A stretch of 64,000 nt of DNA from NCBI GenBank assembly GCA_030390025.1, contig CM059431.1:104472001-104536000 (forward strand), in the 5' to 3' direction. The stretch is from Squalus acanthias. Its lineage: Eukaryota. A program made the position numbers and the translations under genes. This document shows, in pieces, positions 24,619 through 35,350 of the stretch. The notes under the pieces are model-generated. The model saw only the letters and a list, made by a program, of their open reading frames with translations. It made no database searches and had not been told where the DNA came from. How positions within the stretch are numbered: the first letter of the stretch is position 1; every line of letters begins with the position of its first letter.

Positions 24619-24875
24619 GGGCTGGATTTTGATACTGGGGCGGGTTGGGGTCGTGTTATCCACCCGACTGCAATTGGATGTGGGAGATTGATGCAATTTT
24701 CACTTAATTGGGCAATTGAGTTCCAGCATGTGGGAACCCATGAACCAATTAGTGGTTTCAGTCTGAAAGTCGCCTTTGATGATGTCATCATTGCTGCTGC
24801 ATTGCAGGTCAGGTCAGAGACTGCCTGGCCTTTGCTGTGAGAGGACCTGGATGCAAAATGAGCAGCGGCTCTAAG

Positions 24876-24906
<31 letters not shown>

Positions 24907-25372
24907 AATTTTTTTTGCATCCAGGTCCTCTCACAGCAAAGGCCAGGCAGTCTCTAAAGACATTCAATGCAGCAGCATCAGAGGTGACTTTCAGACCTAA
25001 TACTACTACTACTACCTTCATCACATCTCCGTTGTAATAGTGGACCTGCAGCTGATAGTCAGCTATCCACTTGTGCTCCCGCCAGGTTTCACTGCCGTGT
25101 TTCAGATCAGGCGTGCTTCACGTGGGAAAAGGGTTAAACTAGCTAAAGTGTTTCAAAATGGCATTACAGAACCAATTTAGGGCTTGTTAAGGGCTTTAAT
25201 GGCCTCTCCTGCCTCTTGGAGGCGGGACGGAGACGGGACCACCGCACACGATTTCATCAAAATTGCGTGGAGGTGGAATGGAGACGGGATCGGGTCTGCC
25301 CGCCACTTTTCGCAATTTTAACCCCCCACACGCCTCCAAACCCGCCTCCACGGGTCTATAAAAATCCAGCCC
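24619..25372. mobile_element. Non-autonomous PIF/Harbinger element with internal hairpin
   Basis: TIRs GGGCTGGATTTT / AAAATCCAGCCC and exact TSD TAT (24616-18, 25373-75). Confidence 0.82.
24816..24955. repeat. Perfect 43-bp inverted repeat around a (GA)n loop
   Basis: 24816-24858 is the exact reverse complement of 24913-24955. Confidence 0.93.
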
Positions 25373-25388
25373 TATAGCACCCATATAA

Positions 25389-26063
25389 GGAGCAATTTTA
25401 GCCCTGCCTGGCTGGTGGAAACCAAACGGACATCTCTATTAAAATCAGCCGGGAGACACTTTCCGATGTCCAGCTCCCTTCCCAAATTCTTCAATTTTAA
25501 CCTTCTCTTCTGAGCAGGCGTTAAGGACACCCACCTGAAACCTGTGAGGTCCTTCTTTACATATGCAGACCAGGCTGTGATGACGTCATCACGGCCTGAT
25601 TGCTATTTTAACCTGTGGGCTCAGTGGGGAAGCGACCTGTGGCTATCTCACCAGTTGAAGCTAGCAGGAAGAAGAGTCAGGGTCGCAAGAGACTCAAAAG
25701 TAAGTTATTAAACTGCTTTTATTTTTCCTCTGGTGCCAAGAGGAGCAGGAAGGAATGCTCCTCCTGGCCCCACGAGGAAAGTTCAGGCCTCCCCTGCCCA
25801 TCGGCCCACCCCATCCCAATCGCGAGACCTTCCCGAAACACTTCCCACCCCCCCGCCCAACCCCGCTCACCCCCTGCGACTCACTTGAGTGCCAGGGACC
25901 GTTCCTTCAGTCCTGGCCAGGTTCAAGCAGGAAACTGACCGGGAAATGCAGAATAGGCCCAGGGGTTAAAATCGCCCAGGCCTCACTATGCTGACATCTG
26001 GGCGGTTTGGCGCTCACCACGGCCCCCGCCCGCCTTATTCCTACTCCAACTCAAAATCAGGGT
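25389..26063. mobile_element. Degenerate Harbinger-like MITE
   Basis: GGAGCAATTTTA at the left and AAAATC-type repeats at the right. GATGACGTCATC palindrome. TIRs are poorly preserved. Confidence 0.5.
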
Positions 26064-26344
26064 GGAGGATACTGAAGTGGTTGTGGTATGTGACTGAGTA
26101 TATTTAATGTGTGTGAAAGATAATTAATTCAATTGCAGCACAGGTGCAAGTATATTCTGAAGCCTTAAGAGTGAAATAAGCTTAATAATGCAATTATACA
26201 GGTTAAGTATTCTATTAATTTTAAGGATAATCACATGTACTAGCTATATTGTAAACTATGTTCACGTTGAATATTTTCATGCAGTAACCCTAACCCTAAC
26301 TAGAGGCATTCAGAACTGTGCTCCCTTTGTCTACCGTTTGTAAC

Positions 26345-27265
26345 CGTGACATCATCCTGACTTGGAAATTTATCGGCCGTTCCTTCTCTGTCGCCGGGTC
26401 AAAATCCTGGAACTCCCTCCCTGACAGCACTGTGGGAGCACCTTCACCACACGCACTGCAGCGGTTCAAGAAGGTGGCTCACCACCACCTTCTCAAGGGC
26501 AATGAGGGATGGGCAATAAATGGGCAATAATGCAGGTACAGCAAGCAATTAGAAAAGCAAATGGTATGTTGACCTTTATTACAAGAGGATTTGAGTATAA
26601 GAGTAAAGACGTCTTACTGCAATTATATAGGGCCCTGGTGAAACCACACCTGGAGTATTGTATACAGTTTTGGTCTCCTTACCTAAAGAAGGATACACTT
26701 GTCATTGAGGGAGTGCAATGAAGGTTCACCAGACTGGTCCCTGGGATGGGGGGATTGTCCTATGAGGAGAGATTGAGTAGACTAGGCCTATATTCTCTAG
26801 AGTTTAGAAGAATGAGAGGTGATCTCATTAAAACATACAAAATTCTTACAGGGCTTGACAGGGTAGATGCAGGGAGGATGTTTCCCCTGGCTGGGGAGTC
26901 TAGAACCAGGGGTCACAGTCTCAGAATAAGGGGTCGGCCATTTAGGACTGAGATGAGGAGAAATTTCTTCACTCAGAGGGTGGTGAATCTTTGGAATTCT
27001 GAACCCCAGAGGGCTGTGGAGGCTCAGTCATTGAGTATATTCAAGACAGAGATCGATAGATTTTTGAATATTAAGGGAATCAAGAGATATGGGGATAGTG
27101 CAGGAAAGTGGAGATGAGATAGAAGGTCAGCCATGATCTTATTGAATGGCGGAGCAGACTCGAGGGGCCAAATGGCCGACTGCTGCTCCTATTTCTTATG
27201 TTCTTATGTAATAAATGCTGGTCTTGCCAGTGACGCCCACATCCCATGAATGAATAATAAAAAAA
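26345..27265 (+). mobile_element. CR1-B 3' end split by a CR1 insertion
   Basis: RSFSVAGSKSWNSLP motif. The 3' UTR resumes at 27210. Duplicated AATAAATG at 26515-22 and 27210-17. Confidence 0.85.
26531..27209 (+). mobile_element. CR1 LINE 3' fragment
   Basis: LLQLYRALVKPHLEYCIQFWSP...RRNFFTQRVVNLWNS, with one in-frame TGA. (TTCTTATG)n tail. Confidence 0.93.
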
Positions 27266-27497
27266 ATAATTGCACCACCACACATCTTGATTTCCATTTT
27301 CCCATGAACGTACCGCAATATTAATCTTATCTGGTGTGAAATATCAGCATGGCAGAACTGTGAAAATAACATTATGTCCAGAGACTAATCTCATTATAAC
27401 AAGCTAAATGTTTGACTCCCAGTTTAGTTGGAATGGAATGTTCTCAGGTCAGTTTTGATTGCTCAGAAAGTTGAATATTTGATTCTCAACTAAAAGG

Positions 27498-28535
27498 TCA
27501 CAACAACAAGAGCTTGCATTTATATAGCACCTTTAACACAGTAAAACGTCCCAAGGCGATTCACAGGAGCGTTATCGGAGAAAATTTGACACCGGGCCAC
27601 ACAAGGAGAGATTAGGACAGGAGACCAAAAGCTTGGTCAAAGAAGTGGGTTTTAAGGAGTATCTTAAAGGGGGAGAGAGAGGCGGAGAGGCAGAGAGGTT
27701 TAGTGTTGGAATTCCAGAACTCAGGGCCAAGGCAGCTGGAGGCACGGCCGCCAATGGTAGAGCGATTAAAATTGGGGATGCGCAAGAGGCCAGAATTGGA
27801 GGAAGAGCATTCGTGAGACCACACCTGGAGTACTGTGTGCAGTTTTGGTCTCCTTACCTAAGAAAGGATATACTTGCCATACAGGGAGTGCAGCGAAGGT
27901 TCACCAGACTGATTCCTGGGATGGCAGGACTGTCGTATGAGGAGTGATTGGGTGGACTAGGCCTGTATTCACTAGAGTTTAGAAGAATGAGAGGGGATCT
28001 CATTGAAACATATAAAATTCTGACAGGGCTAGACAGACTGGATGCAGGGAGGATGTTTCCCCTGTCTGGGGGGGTCTAGAACGAGGGGTCACAGTCTCAG
28101 GATACGGGGTAGGACATTTAGGACTGAGATGAGGAGAAATTTCTTCACTCAGAGGGTGATGAACCTATGGAATTCTCTACCACAGAAGGCTGTGGAGGCC
28201 AAGTCACTGAATATATTTAAGAAGGAGATAGATAGATTTCTAGACACAAAAGGCATCAAGGGATATGGGGAGAGAGCAGGAATATGGTATTGAGATAGAG
28301 GATCAGCCATGATCATATTGAATGGAGGAGCAGGCTCGAAGGGCCGAATGGCCTACTTCTGCTCCTATTTTTCTATGTTTCTATGTTTCTAAGGTTGTAG
28401 GGCTGGAGGATGTTACAGAGGTTGGGAGGGGGGGCGAGGCCAGGGAGGGATTTGCAGACAAGGATGAGAATTTTACAATGGGGGCATTGCTGGACCGGGA
28501 GCCAATGTAGTGGGCACAGGGGTGATGGGTGAATA
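27498..28535 (-). mobile_element. L2 3' end split by CR1
   Basis: L2 tail at 27498. The L2 sequence breaks at about 27803 and resumes at about 28390. Confidence 0.82.
27810..28389 (+). mobile_element. CR1 LINE 3' fragment nested in L2
   Basis: VRPHLEYCVQFWSPYLRKDIL and RRNFFTQRVMNLWNSLP peptides. (TTTCTATG)n tail. Confidence 0.92.
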
Positions 28536-28709
28536 ATCACAAGCATTGTGGCAAAGGCTACTAACTCCAAGCAGTGTTTTGCTTGAGAGCCAATATCAGT
28601 AAAGTTAAAACTATGGAAAGTTGTTCTGGACCTGCATTTACCAACGGGTGAGCATTTGATTAGAATCACTATGAATAGTTGTCTAGCAGTTCTAACAGTT
28701 CTAACAATA

Positions 28710-29012
28710 ACATTTACGTAACAGCTTATCACATTCAAACATCTCAAACTGCTTCACACATTAAATTATCGTGAAGTGTATTCAATGCTATACAGCCAGA
28801 TGTGACAACCCACCCTACACCAATGACACCTTGGAATTGAAATGAGAATGACAAGTTAATCTTTCTTTTGTGGTATTGGCTGAAGGAGTTACTTTAGCTT
28901 GAGCACTGGAGGAATTCCCTGCGGTTCCTTGAATAGTGCCATGGTATCTTTAACATCTGTAAGAAACAACCAGAAGATGCACACAGGGCCTCGGTTTATG
29001 TTCTCATCTGCA
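28710..29012 (-). mobile_element. Old SacSINE1-like fragment
   Basis: GAATAGTGCCATGG...GGGCCTCGGTTTA...TCTCATCTG core, heavily diverged. Confidence 0.6.
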
Positions 29013-29029
29013 GTTCGCTGAAAGCCATT

Positions 29030-29345
29030 TTCAGTGGGTAGCACCTCTCGCCCCTGAGTCAGAAGGCTACGGGATCGAGTCCCACACCGGAGACTTGAGC
29101 ACACAATCTAGGTTGACACTCCCAGTGCAGTGCTGAGGGGGTGCTGCACTGTCAAAGGTGACGTCTTTTGGATGAGATGTTAAACTGAGGCCCCGTCTGT
29201 CCTCTCAGGTGGATGTAAAAGATCCCACGGCACTATTTCGAAGAAGAACAGGTGAGATATCCCCGGTGTCCTTCAATTCTAATCAAGCACTTTGGGACGT
29301 CCGGTGGTCGTGAAAGGCACTATCTAAATGCAAGTCTTTCTTTTT
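29030..29345 (+). mobile_element. SacSINE1-type SINE with internal deletion
   Basis: Head and Deu core are joined directly to the tail. Confidence 0.85.
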
Positions 29346-29641
29346 TACTTTTCTTTAACTCATCTTCAACAATGCCAGGGGAGTTCCAATAATATTATAA
29401 AAGTTCTAGCCAGTCATACAATTAAATTAATCAAAATTGGGTTTGGAAAGTCTCAAGCAACAAAACATCATTCATGAAATTCAGTTTTATATAGGTTTGC
29501 TGGTATTGCTTGATACTTCTTCAAAGAATTCAGCCAGAAAATAGACGTAAAATAAAACCTGAAGCTACTGTTGCTGGTGCTGAATGTCAAATTGAATTTG
29601 TAACTTTAGATGCGACCACAAATAGGCTCTAATTAAATAAA

Positions 29642-29958
29642 GGACGCGACTGCTGCCATCGAACCGGAAGCGGTCTGCGCATGTGCGCTGCCGCTTTGTC
29701 ATGGGGGCGGGTTCGGTAAAATGTTTTAAAAAGCAGAGAAGGGAGCGAGTTGGTGAAAAAGCCGGGAAGCCAGGAAGGGGAGCGAGTTGGTGAAAAAGCC
29801 GGGAAGCCAGGAAGGGGAGCGAGTTGGTGAAAAAGCCGGGAAGGGTTCAGGCTCGTTAGCGTGCTCGTTTTTAAAAAAGCAGGAACGTCATGCTTCCGGT
29901 TGTTGGAGTGTGCAGTACGCTTCTGCGCAGCTTCCAGTTCGTTGGCAACAGTCACTCC
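29642..29958. mobile_element. Mutator/MULE-like MITE
   Basis: About 30-bp imperfect TIRs (GGACGCGACTGCTGCCATCGAACCGGAAGC vs reverse complement GGAGTGACTGTTGCCAACGAACTGGAAGC). Exact 10-bp TSD ATTAAATAAA (29632-41, 29959-68). Confidence 0.75.
29741..29843 (+). repeat. 37-bp tandem repeat, about 2.8 identical units
   Basis: GGGAGCGAGTTGGTGAAAAAGCCGGGAAGCCAGGAAG at 29741, 29778 and (partial) 29815. Confidence 0.95.
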
Positions 29959-30227
29959 ATTAAATAAATAGTCACATGCCCAATTTAAAACATCTTGAAT
30001 CACCCTGTTTCCCATAAGATCAGAGGTACATCCTTCATTCACTACCATTGTAAAATGCCGCCATTAGTATCTTGCCACTTAAATGGCTGGTGGGAGTCGG
30101 ACTGTTGTCTGTAATTGGAGCCACAGTGGCATAACTGGGCCATTTAACTTTTTAAGGTGTAGAGCTGGTCATCTAGTGGAGAGGGAATGGATGTCCGATG
30201 TATGGCAATGCCGTGGAAGCAGTCAAT

Positions 30228-30615
30228 TCCCTTGTTTACAAATCCCTCTATGGCCTCGCCCCTCCCTATCTCTGTAATCTCCTTCAGCTCCACAAACCCC
30301 GAGATATCTGCGCTCCTCTAATTCTGCCCTCTTGAGGATCCCTGATTATAATCGCTCAACCTTTGGCGGCCGTGCCTTCTGTTGCCTGGGCCCTAAGCTC
30401 TGGAATTCCCTGCCTAAACCTCTCCGCCTCTCTACCTCTCTTTCCTCCTTTAAGACGCTCCTTAAAACCTACCTCTTTGACCAAGCTTTTGGTCACCTGC
30501 CCTAATTTATCCTTATGTGGATCGGTGTCAAATTTGTCGTCTTAAAATACTCCTGTGCAGCGCCTTGGGACGTTTTACTACGTTAAAGGTGCTATATAAA
30601 TAAATGTTGTTGTTG
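30228..30615 (+). mobile_element. L2 LINE 3' end
   Basis: GGRAFCCLGPKLWNSLP motif, 3' UTR and (GTT)n tail. Confidence 0.87.
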
Positions 30616-30697
30616 GCGATGGTCTGTGTCCAGTTCTCTCAGGGTACATCTGCATTCCTGCTCTCTGACACCCATTGTTGTTGTGTGCGTGGGATAA

Positions 30698-31545
30698 ACA
30701 TAGAATCAGAGAATCATAGAATGGTTACAGCACAGAAGGAGGCCATTCGGCCCGTTGAGCCCGTGCCAGCTCTCTGCAAGAGCACTTCAGCTAGTCCCAC
30801 TCTCCCCGCCCTTTCCCCGTAGCCCTGCAAATTATTTTCCTTCAGTTACTTATCCAACTCCCTTTTGAAAGCCACGATTGAGTCTGCCTCAACCATCCTT
30901 TCAGGCAGTGCATTCCAGATCATAACCACTCGCTGGGTAAAAAAGTTTTTCCTCATGTCACCTTTGGTTCTTCTGCCAATCACCTTAAATCTGTGTCCTC
31001 TGTTTCTCGACCCTTCCGCCAATGGGAACAGTTTCTCACTATTTACTCTGTCTAGACACCTCATGATTTTGAACACCTCTATCAGATCTCTTCTCAATCT
31101 TCTCTGCTCCAAGGAGAACAACCCCAGCTTCTCCAGTCTATCCACGTAACTGAAGTCCCTCATCCCTAGAACCATTCTTGTAAATCTTTTCTGCACCCTC
31201 TCTAAGGCTTTCACATCCTTCCTAAAGAATTGGACACAATACTCCAGTTGATGCCGAACCAGTGTTTTATAAAGGTTCATCATAACTTCCTTGCTTTTTG
31301 TCTCTATTTATGAAGCCTTGGATCCCGTATGCTTTTTTAACCGTTTTCTCAACCTGTCCTGCCACCTTCAACAATTTGTGCACATGTACCCCCAGGTCTC
31401 TCTGTTCATGCACCCCCTTTAGAATTGTACCCTTGAGTTTATATTGCCTCTCCTCGTTCGTCCTACCAAAATGTATCACTTCGCACTTTTCTGCGTTAAA
31501 TTTCATCTGTCGTATATCCACCCATTCCACCAGCCTGTCTACATC
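30698..31545 (-). mobile_element. CR1 LINE 3' fragment
   Basis: QMKFNAEKCEVIHFG and NLYKTLVRHQLEYCVQF...RKNFFTQRVVMIWNALP peptides. Confidence 0.93.
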
Positions 31546-31549
31546 CTCT

Positions 31550-31633
31550 GCGAGCGTTAGGTCACTTGAGATTAGCAGTGAGAGTTAGGTCAGTTGGGAC
31601 CAGCAGCGAGAGTTATGTCAATTGGGATTAGCT
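31550..31633 (+). repeat. 28-bp tandem repeat, 3 diverged units
   Basis: Consensus GCGAGAGTTAGGTCAGTTGGGATTAGCA at 31550, 31578 and 31606. Confidence 0.88.
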
Positions 31634-32262
31634 GTTTAAATCAAAATGAATGAGGGGGATATGACCATATCCCCACCCACCCGCCACCCCCAAACTCAAC
31701 CACCGCTACTGTTAGTGCTTAGCTTAGACTTTGCATCTTGCCCTTTGTGAAAACTAACTCACAAGTCTAATGGTGGGTAATATTCCTGTTGATCCCACAC
31801 TGAGCAAAACTCCACACTTCTGCTGATTGGCCTGTAACCAGAGTCCAGCTGATGAGCATTATTTGTTCCTTTGGTTGTACTTTCACAAAGACATTTTAGT
31901 AATGGAAGCAAGAGTCTGAGTAAAGAAATTAATGGAGCTGAAATGGTTTATTATCATGTACTTGTGCCCCTAATATCCACACCATGTGTTTTTCTTAAAT
32001 CTTTACCTACAGTGGAAAATATTAGCTCTTAAGAAGTTAAGCAAGAGACAGAATAATCTCTGCAATGTATTTTAATAATAGTTTCCCGAAGATAATCCTT
32101 AAGTAGGAATTTAAAAAATGGGGACATCAAGCAGCCGTACAATGAAGCAATCGCATTTTGCTATAGGACAAAATATATTATCCTACCAGAGTTCAATGAA
32201 GAATGCAGAGAAAAGCTATTTTAATGCTTGCATGGAAAGTGAACACAACAGCACAATTCTTT

Positions 32263-33154
32263 GGGGGAGAAATTCGGTATCGCCCCGTTTGGGGCGCGAT
32301 TATCGGCCGGGCGCAAAGTTTAGCGCCTGGCGCTAATTATCGCCTCCGACTGCAAACTTGGCTTCTATCGCCCCTGGAGGTGATTGGAGCGCTAAATCAT
32401 GTGCTGCACACCTGTCTTAAGGCGCAAAGGCCGAGGAGCGAGGCGCTACCTCAGAGCGCTGGCGAAGCTCATGTGATGTCAGTCAGCAATGGAATACAGA
32501 CACACTGGCGCCGGCCAGTTCTTAAAGGGGAGGGTCGATCTTGCTCTCCATCCACACCCTGCTGATTGCAGCCTTGAATCTCGGCCTGGAGAGACCTGTA
32601 CATCAAATCTGTTGGAAAGAACAATGGAGAGGCCCAGGGAAAGAGCTCAGAGTGCAGCCCCCATAGTCTCTTCTAAATCGATGCAAGGAAGGGCAAATCA
32701 AAATGAACCTGCAAAGTGCTGCTCAGTACCCAAAACTCCTCAACACAGCTTTGAATATCTCCTGCAGTCTCTCTCTCTCACTCAGAATGCGTGGTGCAAA
32801 AATTTCACCAACAAAAAAAGGCAGGAACCGGTCGCCTTTAAATAGCGCTCCCCCAGTCCCTTCCCGACTGCAAAATGCTTCCCTCAACCTGTTGTTGCGA
32901 GTGGCAGGCGGTAAGACAGGGGGCGCCACTCAATATCTGGTCCGGGGCGCTACCGGGGCGTTGCACGCTCGACTGACGTCACGATCTGCGGGCGCAGGAG
33001 ATCGTGTTGGTAGTGTTTAGTGTCGCCGCAAAATGTCTAGTCAATTTTGTGAGTGGCGCAAACATCGCCGCGCACAGGTGCTAGTTGCTTTGCACCCCAT
33101 TAGCGCCCTCTTAAGGCGCTAACGGGAGGCACAAACTAACCAAATTTTTCCCCC
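32263..33154. mobile_element. Harbinger family N1 (copy 2, inverted relative to copy 1)
   Basis: GGGGGAGAAATT / AATTTTTCCCCC ends. Colinear with the reverse complement of 2469-3361. The right TSD is obscured by the adjacent CR1 tail. Confidence 0.87.
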
Positions 33155-34240
33155 ATAGAATCTTACAGCAGAGAAGGAGACCATTCGGCCCATCGTGCCT
33201 GTGCCAGTTCTCTGAAGGAGCTCTCCAATTAGTTCCACTCCCCTGCTCTTCCCCATAGCCCTGCAAATGTTTCCTTTTCAAGTATTTATCCAATTCCCTT
33301 TTGAAAGTTATTATTGAATCTGCTTCCTCCGCCCTTTCAGGCAGCGCGTTCCAAATCACAACAACTCACTGCATTAAAAAAAACTCTTTGGGGCCCCTTT
33401 GGGGCGCTAACTTCGCCGGGGCGCTACTTTTAGCGCCCAGAAAAAGTTAACGCCCCAGCGCTTTAAATTCAGTGGTAGTGCCCCAAGCAGGAGGCGGCTG
33501 GAAGCGCCCCCCCCCGCCTTCCTGGGGCGCTACAAGTGAATATCGCGGCCCTACATGCAACCGCGCCACGCGCATTGGCACGTAGCGCCACTGTACTGCA
33601 GGCCTTCCTCCCCTGATTAACGGGGAGGGGCCTAGCGCTGCGCGCACCGGGGTCCTGCTAGACCACCGGGGAGCGGGGTGCCGGGAAAACAGCCTGGCAC
33701 TCAAGAGGAGTGAGCGATCGTGGCCGGCTCCCCGAGGAAAACAGGGGAAGGGGGCAGGTGCTGGCAGTCGGCCAAAATAAAAATGGCCGCCCGACACCTG
33801 CCCTTCAAATCGCGCCGCTGCAACTGCAAAAACACCACCCTGACCCTTTCGGACATATCGTCTAGCGATAGGTCAGGGGGCGCAACCGAAGTTTGCGGCC
33901 GGGACGCGAGCGGGGCGCTGCGCACGGCAATGACGTCATCGCCGGTGGCGCCGCGCCACGGGGTACTACCAGCTACCCCCGCCGCTAACCTCCCGCTGAA
34001 TTTCCCGGGAGGCATTAGCGGCGCTGCGCCTGGGCGCATGGGGATTTGCGCCCCGTTAGTGCCCCCTAACGGGAGGCGCAAATCAACCCAATTGTTCCCC
34101 ACTTATTTCCTCCCGGGTTCTTTTGCCAATTACCTTAAAATCTGTGTCCTCTGGTAATCGACCCTCCTGCCACTGGAAAGAGTTGCTCCGTATTTGCTCT
34201 CTCAAAACCCCTCATAATTTTGAACGTCCCTATTAAATCT
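33155..34240 (-). mobile_element. CR1 3' fragment split by a Harbinger-type element
   Basis: IWNALPERAEEADSIITFKRELDKYL at the left. The CR1 resumes after 34100. Confidence 0.82.
33389..34100. mobile_element. GC/CpG-rich Harbinger-type element related to N1, left end truncated
   Basis: Right end CTAACGGGAGGCGCAAATCAACCCAATTGTTCCCC resembles the N1 terminus. GGCGC arrays and TGACGTCA. Confidence 0.75.
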
Positions 34241-34705
34241 ATTAAAATGACAACATGGCAGCGCTGATACGTCTACCAGTCTTGGTGATGCTAGCTGTAA
34301 AAATGCAGTCCAAATACCAATAGTCAGCTTTATAGACCGATGGCTAAAAGTCGGTTGGCGTGTCTACTTAACAGCCTCCAAGTGGTGCTCGCTGTAGAAA
34401 TCTCCTCATTGGCAATCAGCTTGACAAATTCATTTTGAAACCTAATTGAGATTTTTTTTCCAATTGGCTACTTTTCAGTTGCTCAGTAGGATAGAAAACT
34501 AAGACTAACTGCAACTGATGGACAGTGCGATGTCACTATAGTGAAATGTAACAGAACATAATGTCCCGTGTTAAAGCACTAAAATTATGTGCAATGCCGT
34601 TGTTCATCATTTAATGCTTGATCACTGCATTAATATGAAAATGAGCTCCATTCATATTTGACAGCAATCGACAGAAATATTGTAAATAAAAATTGGGAAC
34701 TATTT

Positions 34706-35350
34706 GGGGTGCAGTAGCATAGTGGTTATGTTACTGGACTAGTAATCCAGAGGCCTGGGCTAATGATCCAGAGACATGAGTTCAAATCCCACCACATCAG
34801 CTGGGGAATTTAAATTCAGTTAATTAAATAAATCTGGAATTTTAAAAGAAGCTAGTATTAGTATTGGTGACAATGAAACTACCGGATTGTCGTAAAAACC
34901 CAACTGGTTCACTAATGTCCTCCAGGGAAGGAAATCTGCTGCCCTTACCCGGTCTGGCCTATATGTGTCTCCAGACCAAAACAACAATGTGGTTGACTCT
35001 TAACTGCCCTCTGAAATGGCCGAGCCAGCCACTCAGTTGTACCATAGAAGCATAGAAGATACGAGCAGGAGTAGGCCATTCGGCCCCTCGAGCCTGCTCC
35101 GCCATTTAATGAGATCATGGCTGATCATCCAAATTCAGTGCCCTGTCCTGCTTTCTCCCCACATCCCTTGATCCCTTTAGCCTTAAGAAATATATCTACC
35201 AAACCAACTACGACAAAGTCAGCACTGCGGGAGTACGCGGACTGCAGTGGTTCAAGAAGGCGGCTCACCACCACCTGCTCGAGGGCAACTAGGGAATGGG
35301 CAATAAATGCTGGCCTCGCCAGCGACGCCCACATCCCCTGAATGAATGAA
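34706..35350 (+). mobile_element. tRNA-derived SINE (type B) with CR1-B tail
   Basis: A box TAGCATAGTGG and B box GAGTTCAAATCC. The 3' end matches the CR1-B 3' UTR. Interrupted at 35045-35196. Confidence 0.85.
35045..35196 (-). mobile_element. CR1 3' terminal fragment nested in SINE
   Basis: Matches 46024-46186. TSD TACCA (35040-44, 35197-201). Confidence 0.85.

Noticed and set aside
26285..26300. TAACCC repeats
   Set aside because: Under three units, too short to call an interstitial telomere.
29741..29843. 37-bp repeats as a CRISPR array
   Set aside because: The units are directly adjacent with no spacers, in a vertebrate transposon context.
33389..34100. CpG-island promoter of a host gene
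   Set aside because: The CpG-rich block is bounded by a Harbinger terminus and interrupts a CR1, so it is a transposon.
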